Shown piece by piece: positions 38,058 through 48,179 of a DNA stretch of 64,000 nt. The stretch is taken from positions 4,645,196 to 4,709,195 of the forward strand of contig OY759353.1 of the NCBI GenBank assembly GCA_963662315.1. Direction: 5' to 3'. A model generated the notes under the pieces. It was not told the origin of the DNA, searched no databases, and saw only the letters and a program-made list of their open reading frames with translations. Positions within the stretch are counted from its first letter, which is position 1; each line of letters begins with the position of its first letter. The position numbers and the translations under genes were made by a program. The stretch is from Geopsychrobacteraceae bacterium. GTDB taxonomy: Bacteria; Desulfobacterota; Desulfuromonadia; Desulfuromonadales; Geopsychrobacteraceae.

Positions 38058-39374
38058 CTATTTGCGGCGGATGCCGTATTTACGCATCCGGGCGCGCAGC
38101 GTGCTGGGGTTAAGGCCCAGCAGAAGCGCGGCGCCACATTTTCCCTCGATCCGCCAGCCGGTTCTCTGCAACACCTTGAGAATATGGTCTCGTTCCAAAT
38201 CGGCAAGAACCTTGACGTCCTGCTCATCGACCTTGCGGAAGGTCTCAAAGCGATCCAGCACCTGAAGAGTGTTCCCCTGACTGGTGATAACCGCTCGTTC
38301 GATGACGCTTTCCAGCTCCCGCACGTTGCCGGGCCAGTGGTATTCGGTAAGGACATTCAGTGTTTCCTTGGACACACTGGTAACCTTCTTGCCGGTTTTC
38401 TTGTTGAATTTGGCGACAAAATGATTGACCAGAAACGGGATATCTTCATTGCGCTGGCGCAATGGCGGAATAGTAATTGGAAAAACGTTGAGGCGGTAGA
38501 AGAGGTCTTCGCGAAAGCGACCGGCTTTGATCTCTTCCTCCAGGATACGGTTGCTGGCAGCGATGATGCGGACATCGACCTTGGTGGTGTGCGGGCTGCC
38601 GAGCCGTTCGAACTCGCCATCCTGGAGAACCCGGAGCAGCTTAACCTGCAACTCCAGCGGCATCTCGCCGATTTCGTCAAGAAAGATCGTGCCGCCGTTG
38701 GCCAGTTCAAAGCGCCCCAACTGTCGGGCATGAGCACCGGTGAAGGCGCCTTTTTCACGGCCGAAGAGTTCGCTTTCGATGAGATTTGCCGGCAGCGCCG
38801 TGCAGTTGACGGTAATCAGCGGTCGGTCTTTGCGAGAGCTGCGGCGATGAATAGCACGAGCAACCATTCCCTTGCCACTGCCGGTCTCGCCGAGCAGCAG
38901 GACCGTGGTATCCAGGGGCGCGACCTGGTCGATGCGAAAAAAGACGTAAGCGAGGGCCGGACTCTGGCCGACGATGTCTCCGAAACAGTCTCCCCGCGAA
39001 ATGACCTGCTGTAGCTCGATGTTCTCAGCCTGAAGTTGTTCAGTCAGTTGCTTGATTTTCGCAAACGCAGCTTTTAGGGTTGCTTCAGCTTTCTTGCGCT
39101 CCTCAATCTCTTCAGTGAGCTGCAGGTTGGCACCGGTCAGTTCTGCGGTCCGATCCGTCACAATCGATTCCAGCTCCTGCTGGACGCGGCGCAGTTCTTC
39201 ATTCTGCATTTCCAGTTCAATCTGGTGAACCTCAAGTTCATGCACGAGTCGCCGCTTCTCGACTTCCGATAAGTCGGGCTGACGACCGTCCTTTTCTGCA
39301 AATAACCGTTGTTCCGCCTTGTGGCGCAAATCGGTCCCGGCTTCCGTGCTCGATTTATTCTGCTTTTTAACCAT
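38058..39374 (-). CDS. Sigma-54-dependent activator (FhlA/HyfR-like AAA+ and HTH); input region is only the shared helix
   Basis: [37 protein letters not shown]-terminal HTH; no REC, GAF or PAS. Confidence 0.93.
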   Translation of the reverse strand: MVKKQNKSSTEAGTDLRHKAEQRLFAEKDGRQPDLSEVEKRRLVHELEVHQIELEMQNEELRRVQQELESIVTDRTAELTGANLQLTEEIEERKKAEATLKAAFAKIKQLTEQLQAENIELQQVISRGDCFGDIVGQSPALAYVFFRIDQVAPLDTTVLLLGETGSGKGMVARAIHRRSSRKDRPLITVNCTALPANLIESELFGREKGAFTGAHARQLGRFELANGGTIFLDEIGEMPLELQVKLLRVLQDGEFERLGSPHTTKVDVRIIAASNRILEEEIKAGRFREDLFYRLNVFPITIPPLRQRNEDIPFLVNHFVAKFNKKTGKKVTSVSKETLNVLTEYHWPGNVRELESVIERAVITSQGNTLQVLDRFETFRKVDEQDVKVLADLERDHILKVLQRTGWRIEGKCGAALLLGLNPSTLRARMRKYGIRRK

Positions 39375-39399
39375 TCCTATTGTCCTCCAAAATATCAAG

Positions 39400-39650
39400 A
39401 CCGCTTAGCAGGACCTCAAATTGCCTATCCTTCTCCTGGCTGTATATAATGATATCACGTTTAAGCGGATCAACAGCTCAGTCAATACTTTGCTAAGTCC
39501 CTCCAGCCGGTTTGGGGAGCGGTAAAACCTAAATATGCCGTTGAATTGATCCCCAGAAACGGATTGCTGCTGTTGGCGGGGGGGGGGAGAGCTCCGCTGG
39601 CATGCTAGTTGCGATTTGAATTTTTGAAAAGAAGTGTTGTCGGCTTGTTC
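39400..39650. pseudogene. Collapsed relic of the hybrid kinase 3' end, hemolysin III and the 22640 region
   Basis: 39410-39510 resembles 16880-16980; 39537-39584 resembles 22243-22293; 39595-39640 resembles 22642-22686. Confidence 0.8.
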
Positions 39651-39840
39651 TGACTCTTCAATCGTTTGGAACAAAAATTGATCCTGGATATGGATTTCGA
39701 CCCTTTAAAGATCATTGCTATCAAGGGAACGTTGCCGCAGTGAGCTCAGATAGGTTGTCAAAACAACTGCAGATCATTGACAACCCCCACATTGAAAAAA
39801 GAGGAGGTAGCCAATGATCTGAGGTGAGTACTTAAGAGTT

Positions 39841-39914
39841 GCTAGCCTTTTCTTGTTCTTGTTCTACAACTCAATCTGCATACCCAGTTCAACAACGCGG
39901 TTGGCCGGCAGGTT
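39841..39914. repeat. Right island boundary (kup 3' end)
   Basis: Direct-repeat partner of 7144-7220. Confidence 0.85.
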
Positions 39915-41777
39915 AAAAAAGCTGGTGGCAGAGCGGGCGTTGCGTGACATGTGCATGAACAAGTGTTCCCTCCATAGTGCCATGCCGGGCTTGTCCGATG
40001 GAATAATCGCCTCATGACCGAGGAAGAAGGTTGTATCATTCATATCAAAGCCTTCCTCTCCCACCTTGATACGGCTTAATACTGCCGGGATATCCGCTGT
40101 CTCCATAAAACCATAGTGAAGGATCAGCAGGTAAACACCTTCACCCGCCTCTTCAATATTGTAACGCTGGTTTTCGCCGACGTGAGGAATATCTTCTGTA
40201 ACGACTGATAGAATGACCACACGCCGGTGCATGACCCGGTTATGTTTCAGGTTGTGTAGTAATGCCGTGGGGGCAATGTTCAGGTTCCCCGACATGAAAA
40301 CTGCCGTCCCCTCAACGCGGTAGGGCATCTCCTGACGAATCGATTTAATGAAATCGATAATATTCAGAGCACTGGCCCGGAGCCTGCGGTAGAGAATCTG
40401 ACGACCGGTTTTCCAGGTCGACATGAAGGTAAAAACAATACTGGCAACCAGCAGGGGGAACCAGCCGCCATGAATGATTTTTGCGAAGTTCGCACCAAAA
40501 AAGGCCAGATCAAAGCTCAGGAAGCCACAGCAAAGCAAGGCTGCCTGAGCGAGGGACCAATTGAATTTTTCACGAATGACGACAAAGAACAGCAAGGTCG
40601 TAATGATCATATCGGTGGTTACCGAAAAACCATAGGCCGCAGCCAGTCGACTGGATGAGCCAAAGCCGATGACTAGGCCAATACAGCTGAACATAAGAAT
40701 CCAGTTGACGGCTGGGACGTAAATCTGTCCTCTTTCGCGGGCTGAAGTGTGAGTAACTTTCAGCCGTGGACAAAAGCCGAGTTGCACGGCCTGCATGGTA
40801 ATGGAGAACGACCCGGAAATGACTGCTTGTGAGGCGATTATCGTCGCAGCTGTGGCCAGGATAACCAGGGGCAGCATGGCCCAGCCAGGGGCTAGGTGAT
40901 AAAACGGATTTTCCAGGACGGCTGGGTTCTCCAGCAATAAGGCTCCCTGGCCAAAGTAGTTCAGAACCAACGACGGCAAGACCAGGCAGAACCATACTAA
41001 ACGGATCGGCTTGACCCCGAAATGTCCCATATCGGCATACAGTGCTTCGCCACCGGTTACCACCAGAAATACTGACCCCAGTACCAGAATGGCAATCCAG
41101 CCATGATGGCCCAAAAAGCGAGCGGCGTGGTGAGGGCTCATGGCTCCCAGGATCGTTGGGTGTTTAATGATCTGGCGAATCCCCAGAATGGCCAGAACCA
41201 GAAACCAGATCAGGGTCAAGGGGCCGAACACCGCTCCGACTTTTCCGGTCCCGCGGTATTGGACCAAGAACAGGGAAATCAGTACCACAACGGTTAGCGG
41301 GATGATGAAGGGGGAAATGGAAGGGGTCGCTATTTCAAGTCCCTCAATTGCGGAAAGAACCGAAATCGCTGGTGTGATCATGCCATCACCGTAAAGTAAC
41401 GCGGCACCGAACAGGCCCAGGATGATCAGATATTTGCGGTTATTCTGTTGGCGGGTCTTCTGGGGTAGAATTAACGCAGTTAATGCCATAATTCCACCTT
41501 CTCCACGGTTGTCAGCGCGGAGAATGAAGGTAAGATATTTAACAGAGATAACTAATATCAAGGCCCAGAATATCAACGAAAGAATGCCAAATACATTTTC
41601 CGGGGTCGGAGCTAAGCCATGGCTGGCATGAAAACATTCTTTCAGCGCATAAAGCGGGCTGGTGCCAATGTCACCAAAAACGACTCCCAGCGCGGTTAAA
41701 CAGAGCGCAGCAAGAGAGCTTTTATGATGCTGGGCTTCGTGATCAGTTAACATCTTTGTATCGACTGAGTTGGACAT
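39864..41777 (-). CDS. kup: Potassium transporter Kup
   Basis: LGVVFGDIGTSPLYA, DNRGEGG, YGDGMITPAISVLSA, EALYADMGHFG. Confidence 0.96.
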   Translation of the reverse strand: MSNSVDTKMLTDHEAQHHKSSLAALCLTALGVVFGDIGTSPLYALKECFHASHGLAPTPENVFGILSLIFWALILVISVKYLTFILRADNRGEGGIMALTALILPQKTRQQNNRKYLIILGLFGAALLYGDGMITPAISVLSAIEGLEIATPSISPFIIPLTVVVLISLFLVQYRGTGKVGAVFGPLTLIWFLVLAILGIRQIIKHPTILGAMSPHHAARFLGHHGWIAILVLGSVFLVVTGGEALYADMGHFGVKPIRLVWFCLVLPSLVLNYFGQGALLLENPAVLENPFYHLAPGWAMLPLVILATAATIIASQAVISGSFSITMQAVQLGFCPRLKVTHTSARERGQIYVPAVNWILMFSCIGLVIGFGSSSRLAAAYGFSVTTDMIITTLLFFVVIREKFNWSLAQAALLCCGFLSFDLAFFGANFAKIIHGGWFPLLVASIVFTFMSTWKTGRQILYRRLRASALNIIDFIKSIRQEMPYRVEGTAVFMSGNLNIAPTALLHNLKHNRVMHRRVVILSVVTEDIPHVGENQRYNIEEAGEGVYLLILHYGFMETADIPAVLSRIKVGEEGFDMNDTTFFLGHEAIIPSDKPGMALWREHLFMHMSRNARSATSFFNLPANRVVELGMQIEL

Positions 41778-42050
41778 GGTCTTTTCCTTAAGCGAGATCA
41801 GGAGGCCTGATCGGAATTAGTGTTCGAACTGCTCGCGAAAACTAGCATACAGGTGATATCCAAGCAATTTTTCTCCGTATTTGGGATCTGTTACCAGACA
41901 GAAATTTCTTTTGTTAGCATTGGAATAAATAGCTGGAAGCGAAATTTATTTTATTGATTTTGTCCACCATTAACTGTATTCGGATTCGTCCACTTATCCT
42001 GAATGGAAGAGGGGCTCTGAAGAGTGATTTCGAAGTGTGTTGAAAGATGA

Positions 42051-42506
42051 ATGATGAAAGAGCGATTATCTGTTGGTTGGCGTGAGTGGGTCAGTTTGCC
42101 CGAACTGCAAATTGACCACATTAAGGTGAAGGTCGATACCGGGGCTCGGACCTCCGCTTTACACGCATATTTTATTGAACCTTTTGAGCGGGATGGTTGC
42201 CGAATGGTCCGTTTTGGTGTCCAGCCGCGCCAGAAGGATATGAAAACCATTGTGGTGTGTGAATGTCCTGTCAGTGATTATCGGCAGGTGACCGATTCTG
42301 GCGGGCATCGTGAAATGCGTTATGTCATAAAAACCCCAGTTGTCCTGGGAGAGAGACTCTGGCTCATCGAGGTGACATTGACGAATCGCCGTAACATGGC
42401 TTTTCGTATGTTGTTAGGCCGTAATGCGCTGAAAGGTGTCACCGTTTTTCCCGATCGTTCCTATGTCAATGGGCGATTGGATTCAAGCAAGAAAGTTAAA
42501 GATTGA
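42051..42506 (+). CDS. RimK-associated retropepsin-like protease
   Basis: [24 protein letters not shown]. Confidence 0.88.
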   Translation: MMKERLSVGWREWVSLPELQIDHIKVKVDTGARTSALHAYFIEPFERDGCRMVRFGVQPRQKDMKTIVVCECPVSDYRQVTDSGGHREMRYVIKTPVVLGERLWLIEVTLTNRRNMAFRMLLGRNALKGVTVFPDRSYVNGRLDSSKKVKD

Positions 42507-43411
42507 TGAAAATTGTTATCTTATCGCAAAGTGCAGAGTTGTATTCGACCCGGCGACTGGTTGAAGCAGGGCGGGCTCGTGGGCATGAAATTAAGGTTGT
42601 TGATCCGCTACGTTGTTATATGACCATTGCGACTCAACGCCCAACAATCCATTACCGGGGTGAAGAACTCTCCGGGATCGATGCCATTATCCCCCGCATT
42701 GGCGCATCCATAACCTTTTACGGAACTGCCGTTGTCCGGCAATTCGAAATGATGGGGGTCTACAGTGTCAACGAATCGGTGGCGATCAGTCGTTCGCGTG
42801 ATAAACTCCGAAGTCTGCAGTTACTGGCCCGTAAAGGGATTGGCCTTCCGGTAACCGGTTTTGCCCATTCCACCCAGTACACTCAGGACCTTATCAGTAT
42901 GGCTGGGGGCGCCCCTCTGGTGATCAAACTGCTGGAAGGAACGCAAGGGGTTGGAGTCGTTCTGGCCGAAACGGATCAGGCCGCAGAAAGTGTTATTGAA
43001 GCGTTTCGTGGATTGAAGGAAAATATCCTGGTACAGGAATTTATCAAGGAGGCCAATGGGGCCGATCTGCGCTGCTTCGTCATCGGCGATAAGGTTGTGG
43101 CAGCCATGAAGCGGCAGGGGAAAGATGGCGAGTTTCGCTCCAACCTGCACCGTGGTGGTAAAGCCTCGAATGTGCGCTTAACACCGGAAGAACGATCAAC
43201 GGCTGTCAGGGCAGCAAAAATTATGGGCTTGAATGTCGCCGGAGTTGATCTGTTGCGATCCAATCATGGGCCTGTTGTGATGGAAGTGAATTCGTCCCCC
43301 GGCTTGGAAGGGATTGAGACAACAACAGAAAAAGATGTCGCCGATCTGGTTTATCAGTTTATCGAAAAGCAGGCGCGGCCGGGGCGAACGAAGACCCGCG
43401 GACAGGGCTGA
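42506..43411 (+). CDS. rimK: Alpha-L-glutamate ligase RimK
   Basis: [35 protein letters not shown]. Confidence 0.95.
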   Translation: MKIVILSQSAELYSTRRLVEAGRARGHEIKVVDPLRCYMTIATQRPTIHYRGEELSGIDAIIPRIGASITFYGTAVVRQFEMMGVYSVNESVAISRSRDKLRSLQLLARKGIGLPVTGFAHSTQYTQDLISMAGGAPLVIKLLEGTQGVGVVLAETDQAAESVIEAFRGLKENILVQEFIKEANGADLRCFVIGDKVVAAMKRQGKDGEFRSNLHRGGKASNVRLTPEERSTAVRAAKIMGLNVAGVDLLRSNHGPVVMEVNSSPGLEGIETTTEKDVADLVYQFIEKQARPGRTKTRGQG

Positions 43412-43566
43412 TTGTTGTCTGGGGATGATATTAATTCCTTCCGCAAGAAGCTATCCCTTTAATTAACTGCCCCCTTACGCTTCTGAGACATGATATGGTA
43501 GTCAATCAGCCGTGCCGGATACACGGTTGATTGACTACCAAAATCTTCTGGCAATAGGGAGGGTTT

Positions 43567-44661
43567 ATGCGACCGCTTGATCACGCCTTTAAAACCGTAA
43601 CATCCTTGTTTCGTAATCCCGCCAAAGAAATTGGGCTTCCCCCGGGGGCACTGGTCTATGTTGGTGAACAGAAAATCAGTGAACCCAGTTTTTCATATCT
43701 CGATTATAACGAAGACACGTTTGAACACCGGCAAGGGGTATCATTTGATGATTGCCTGAAATTACGGACCAGTGAGACGGTCAGCTGGATTAACCTCGAT
43801 GGTCTCCACGACACCCGGCTGCTGGAACGCTTCGGTCACGAGTTCAAGCTTCACAGCCTGCTGCTTGAAGATATTCTGGATATCGGACATCCCCCTAAAT
43901 TTGAAGAATTCGATAATGCCGCACTCGTCATACTCAAAATGTTGAGTTACGACGAAGTGGCCAACCATCTGGATGCTGAGCAGATCAGTCTGGTGCTGAC
44001 GGCTGATAACGTTTTGACTTTTCAGGAACGGCCGGGGGATATTTTCAACAGTGTCCGTGACCGGCTTCAACGTAAAAGCGGTCGTATCCGACAGCGGGGA
44101 GCCGATTATCTGGCTTACGCTTTACTCGATTGTGTGGTTGACAGCTATTTCCACATTCTGGAGAAAATAGGCGATCGGCTTGATTACCTTGAAACTGAAT
44201 TAATCAAACGTCCGACCCAGGAAATTCTGCAGCAGGTTCATCAGCTTAAAGGGCAATTGCGCTTTTTGCGCAAAGCCGTATGGCCGCTGCGTGAGCTGGT
44301 TAATAATATGATCCACAGTGAATCCGATCTGATTGTTGAAACAACCAATGTCTTTTTGCGGGATCTTTATGACCACTCCATGCAGGTTTTCGATACGGTT
44401 GAAAACTTCAGAGAGACCGCATCCGGGTTGATCGATCTGTATATGTCGAGCGTCAGTCAGCGGATGAATGAAATTATGCAGGTGCTGACCATTATGGCTT
44501 CCATCTTTATCCCGTTAACGTTTATTGCCGGAATCTATGGGATGAATTTCGAATTAATGCCGGAACTTAAATGGCGTTTTGGTTATCCGATGGTCTGGGG
44601 AATTATGCTGTTATGCGTGGTTGCCATGCTTTGGTTTTTCAAGAGGAAAAAATGGTTTTAA
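43567..44661 (+). CDS. corA: Magnesium/cobalt transporter CorA
   Basis: YGMNF signature, MPEL loop. Confidence 0.95.
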   Translation: MRPLDHAFKTVTSLFRNPAKEIGLPPGALVYVGEQKISEPSFSYLDYNEDTFEHRQGVSFDDCLKLRTSETVSWINLDGLHDTRLLERFGHEFKLHSLLLEDILDIGHPPKFEEFDNAALVILKMLSYDEVANHLDAEQISLVLTADNVLTFQERPGDIFNSVRDRLQRKSGRIRQRGADYLAYALLDCVVDSYFHILEKIGDRLDYLETELIKRPTQEILQQVHQLKGQLRFLRKAVWPLRELVNNMIHSESDLIVETTNVFLRDLYDHSMQVFDTVENFRETASGLIDLYMSSVSQRMNEIMQVLTIMASIFIPLTFIAGIYGMNFELMPELKWRFGYPMVWGIMLLCVVAMLWFFKRKKWF

Positions 44662-47117
44662 GAATTTTAATTATATTGGGGCTATTGCTTGCCGTTATTT
44701 CGGGAGTAAGTTTGGCTTCTGAAAACAGTCAGGCTGCTGTTGCCAGTGATACTTCGGCAGAAATCACCTATCCCGGATTGGGCGAGCTTGGTAGCCGGAC
44801 TACAGCGGTAACGGCTTTCGTCGGCAAGGCGGAAGAGCAACTGGTTCAGGTTGCACAACTGGCCGACGCGGAACAGCGTCTTCATGAATTGACCAAACAG
44901 CTGACCGGTTTAAACGACGAGATCAAGCCCTTTGGCCCTCCTGAGGATTGGTACGTCGACCGGTTAAGCCTCTATATTCGTCAGTATGCCCAGCTTCAGG
45001 AGGGTCTCGCCAGTCTCCAGGACAGTCTGGCTAACCGCCAGGGGCAGATCGACGCGGTCCGTAAACGGCTGACGACAGAGCAGGAATTCTGGAAAGGCTG
45101 GGCTGCCAGTCTGTCAGATCGGCAGCAGAAATTACCTCCGCAAACCCTGACGCAGGTCAATCAGCAGCTCACCAAGCTGAACAAGGCCACCGGCAGCAGC
45201 TCACTGAAAATTGTTTCGCTGCAGGAAAAGATCAGTGTCCTGCAGGGGGGGCTGATTGCGACAATCGACCATCTGACTTCTAGTCTCGAGCGCTTACGGC
45301 AGGCAACTTTTCGAAAAAACGCACCATCTTTTGTCTCCAGCCGTTTTTATCAGCAGTTTACTCCGGGGTTGCTCGATGAAGCACGTAAGGGACTGCTGAC
45401 AGCGTTACGTGTTGACCCGTCATTCTGGGAGGAAGGCGGTTTGTCTCTGGCGCTGATGTTCGTTCTGTTTTGTGGGGGCTCCGGTACTATCTGGTATTAC
45501 CGCAAACGTTTTGAACAAACTGAAGAGTGGCAGTTTGTGTTGAGTCATCCTCTGGCCGTTGGCTGCTTTCTTGCTGTTATTCTATTCTGGTGGCTGACTC
45601 CGTCCATTCCGACTCTGGTTCGCTTTCTCCTTCAGGTTGCTGCGGTATTGTCGGCAGTTATTATGACCATGTCTCTGGTTGAAAATCGGCGTCAGGGGTT
45701 GACCTTATGGTTTGCCGGGATTATCTCCCTGGTGACGTCCGGGGTGCGCATGGCATCCTTGCCCCAACCTCTGTTTCGGACCTATATTGCTCTACTGGCG
45801 TTGATTTTTATCCCGCTGCTGTTGCAGCAGATTAAATATTCACGCAAGCAGCGAGGGACCGCCCAGGGGAAATTGTTTCGCGCTGTGTCACGCCTGGCGA
45901 TTATCGTTCTGGCGGTCAGTTTCGTAGGTCAGCTGGCCGGGTTTATCAATTTTTCAACCTGGCTGATTCAGGCGACCTTCGAAACTGCTCTGACAATTCT
46001 TTTTGTGCATATGATTCTGCTTTTGGCCGGTGGCGCTATTGATGTCAGCTTAACGTTTTTTCAATATCGGCAACGTGATTTTTTCTTGCGATTCGGTTAC
46101 GAACTGGCTACACGGCTGAAACGTTTGCTGAAGGTGCTAATCGTTGGCTTCGCCGTGGTTTACCTGCTTCCGGTATGGCGGATCTTCACCACCTTCAACG
46201 AAGCCTGGAACGGGATACTTAGTGTGGGTTTTACCTTTGGCGAGACGTACATAACGGTTGAAATGCTCGGTCTGGCATTTTTTTCGTTCTATCTTGCCAT
46301 GCAGATCTCATGGTTGTTACAGGGGATGAGTGATACCCAGCTTTTTGCCAGAAGGACTGTGGATCGCGGGGTACGCGATGCCATTAAAAAACTGATTCAC
46401 TATGCCATAATCCTGATTGGTTTTCTGATCGCCCTTGGCTTTGTCGGTATGAAGCTGCAAAATTTTATTGTTCTGCTCAGTGCTTTTGGGGTTGGTATCG
46501 GTTTTGGCCTGCAGGATATTGTTAATAATTTTCTGTCCGGACTCATTCTGCTGTTTGAACGACCCATCAAGGTTGGTGATGGGGTTCTTATTGATAATGA
46601 ATATGGTACCGTCTCTCGCATCGGGTTGCGCTCTACTGTCGTTGAAAATCTTAACCAGGCCGAATTGATTGTGCCTAATTCTCAGATTATTTCACAGAAG
46701 GTCACAAACTGGACGCTTTCTAATCGACGGGTGCGCCTGGTTCTGCCTGTTGGTGTGGCATATGGGAGTGATCTGGAGAAGGTTCTGGCAATTTTGACAA
46801 GGGTCGCCGCCGAGCATCCGGATGTCATGAAAGATCCGAAACCGATGCCACTGTTTATTCAGTTTGGTGGTAGCTCTCTCGATTTCGAATTGAGGGTCTG
46901 GCTGGACAATATCGATAACAGGCCTCGGGTTCAAAATGAACTGTTGTTGGCCATTGATCGTTGCTTCCGTATTGAAGGGATCGAGATTCCTTTTCCGCAG
47001 CATGATCTGCACTTACGTTCGGTTGCCCCTGGTATTTTTTCCAGTGGGAAACTGGCTGGCTTTGCCGGAGATGACAATCCTCCGGGTTCTGAAGGCAGCG
47101 AGCCGGAGCTTACCTGA
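44652..47117 (+). CDS. Large MscS-family mechanosensitive channel
   Basis: Periplasmic coiled coil, multiple TMs, GIGFGLQDIVNNFLSG...ERPIKVGD...EIPFPQ. Confidence 0.92.
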   Translation: MVLRILIILGLLLAVISGVSLASENSQAAVASDTSAEITYPGLGELGSRTTAVTAFVGKAEEQLVQVAQLADAEQRLHELTKQLTGLNDEIKPFGPPEDWYVDRLSLYIRQYAQLQEGLASLQDSLANRQGQIDAVRKRLTTEQEFWKGWAASLSDRQQKLPPQTLTQVNQQLTKLNKATGSSSLKIVSLQEKISVLQGGLIATIDHLTSSLERLRQATFRKNAPSFVSSRFYQQFTPGLLDEARKGLLTALRVDPSFWEEGGLSLALMFVLFCGGSGTIWYYRKRFEQTEEWQFVLSHPLAVGCFLAVILFWWLTPSIPTLVRFLLQVAAVLSAVIMTMSLVENRRQGLTLWFAGIISLVTSGVRMASLPQPLFRTYIALLALIFIPLLLQQIKYSRKQRGTAQGKLFRAVSRLAIIVLAVSFVGQLAGFINFSTWLIQATFETALTILFVHMILLLAGGAIDVSLTFFQYRQRDFFLRFGYELATRLKRLLKVLIVGFAVVYLLPVWRIFTTFNEAWNGILSVGFTFGETYITVEMLGLAFFSFYLAMQISWLLQGMSDTQLFARRTVDRGVRDAIKKLIHYAIILIGFLIALGFVGMKLQNFIVLLSAFGVGIGFGLQDIVNNFLSGLILLFERPIKVGDGVLIDNEYGTVSRIGLRSTVVENLNQAELIVPNSQIISQKVTNWTLSNRRVRLVLPVGVAYGSDLEKVLAILTRVAAEHPDVMKDPKPMPLFIQFGGSSLDFELRVWLDNIDNRPRVQNELLLAIDRCFRIEGIEIPFPQHDLHLRSVAPGIFSSGKLAGFAGDDNPPGSEGSEPELT

Positions 47118-47151
47118 CAAAGGCTTGACAGGAGTCAGGTTGTCCAATGCC

Positions 47152-47199
47152 AAGAGGGGCGTGAAAGCGGTTTACTGCCAATGTCGCGCCCCTCTTTTT
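47152..47199. terminator. Terminator between convergent genes
   Basis: AAGAGGGGCG...CGCCCCTCTTTTT. Confidence 0.65.
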
Positions 47200-47224
47200 A
47201 TTGGGTCGATAGGGAAGGGAGGCC

Positions 47225-48064
47225 TTACACGTTGATAGTGACCCCGACTGATGCGGCAAAAAAACGTTCCCCAAAGCTTTCAGCCAAAATATGTGCGCCA
47301 TGCAGCCCGGTGCAGTGCGAGGCACCGATTCGCTTCACATTTAACTCAGCTAAGCGCTGAACGGTAGCAAGCAGCTGCTCCTCACTGCAGAATTTCAGGT
47401 GCGTTCCCCCAACGACCATATAGATCTTCTTTTCTTTGGTTACTTTACTGGCGTGGGCAAGGATATTGATCAAACCTGAGTGGGCACACCCTAGTAAAAT
47501 CGTTAAACCATCATGAGTTTTGATATACAGGGATTGATCATCATAAATGGGGTCCTGGACCTGGCCATGTTCTGGACAGTTAATCATCAATTGAGGGTCC
47601 CCCTTCTCCACCGCCGTAATTCTGGGGATTGTTCCTGATAAAATCATATCAGGAACAATTTCGCGAGCTTCAGTGCAGAAATCAAATTTTGCACCGAGCG
47701 CTTCAAGCTCTTCCTGGGTGTACGGAACACCAATATCGCGCTTGTTGTTCCCCAGGGTACTGAAGCGTGGGGTGAAGAAGTCTGGATGGGTATAAATGGT
47801 AATAGGGCCGGTCTTTTCTAATAGCTGTTTCAGTCCTCCGGTATGGTCGTAATGACCATGACTGCAGATAATGCCGCTCAGGTTCGCCAGTTCTATGCCG
47901 AGTTTGTCAGCATTGTGGAGCAGGGTCAGCCCATTCCCCGTATCGAACAGATAATTGCCGTGCGGAGTCGCCAGATGACAGGCAAAACCATGTTCTCCTA
48001 ATAAACCATGAGGTCTGACATTTTCGACGCTGTTTTCACACAACACTGTAATTGTGACTTTCAT
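47225..48064 (-). CDS. MBL-fold metallo-hydrolase
   Basis: EHGF, FDTG, SHGHYDHTGGL, GCAHSG, SHCTG. Confidence 0.9.
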   Translation of the reverse strand: MKVTITVLCENSVENVRPHGLLGEHGFACHLATPHGNYLFDTGNGLTLLHNADKLGIELANLSGIICSHGHYDHTGGLKQLLEKTGPITIYTHPDFFTPRFSTLGNNKRDIGVPYTQEELEALGAKFDFCTEAREIVPDMILSGTIPRITAVEKGDPQLMINCPEHGQVQDPIYDDQSLYIKTHDGLTILLGCAHSGLINILAHASKVTKEKKIYMVVGGTHLKFCSEEQLLATVQRLAELNVKRIGASHCTGLHGAHILAESFGERFFAASVGVTINV

Positions 48065-48179
48065 GATCTCTTCTCCTGAATAAAATATAATGACATAGCA
48101 GACTGTCTGCCTGGACAGTCAGAAAGTAGCTTGTATTCAATCTTTCTTCGTTGCTTTATGCCTTCCTTCGGAGTATCGG

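Larger units (their letters stand above)
7144..39914. mobile_element. Genomic island (~32.7 kb) between tRNA-Arg and kup; no integrase seen
   Basis: Flanking direct repeat, accessory stress/signalling genes, many pseudogenes and internal duplications. Confidence 0.7.
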
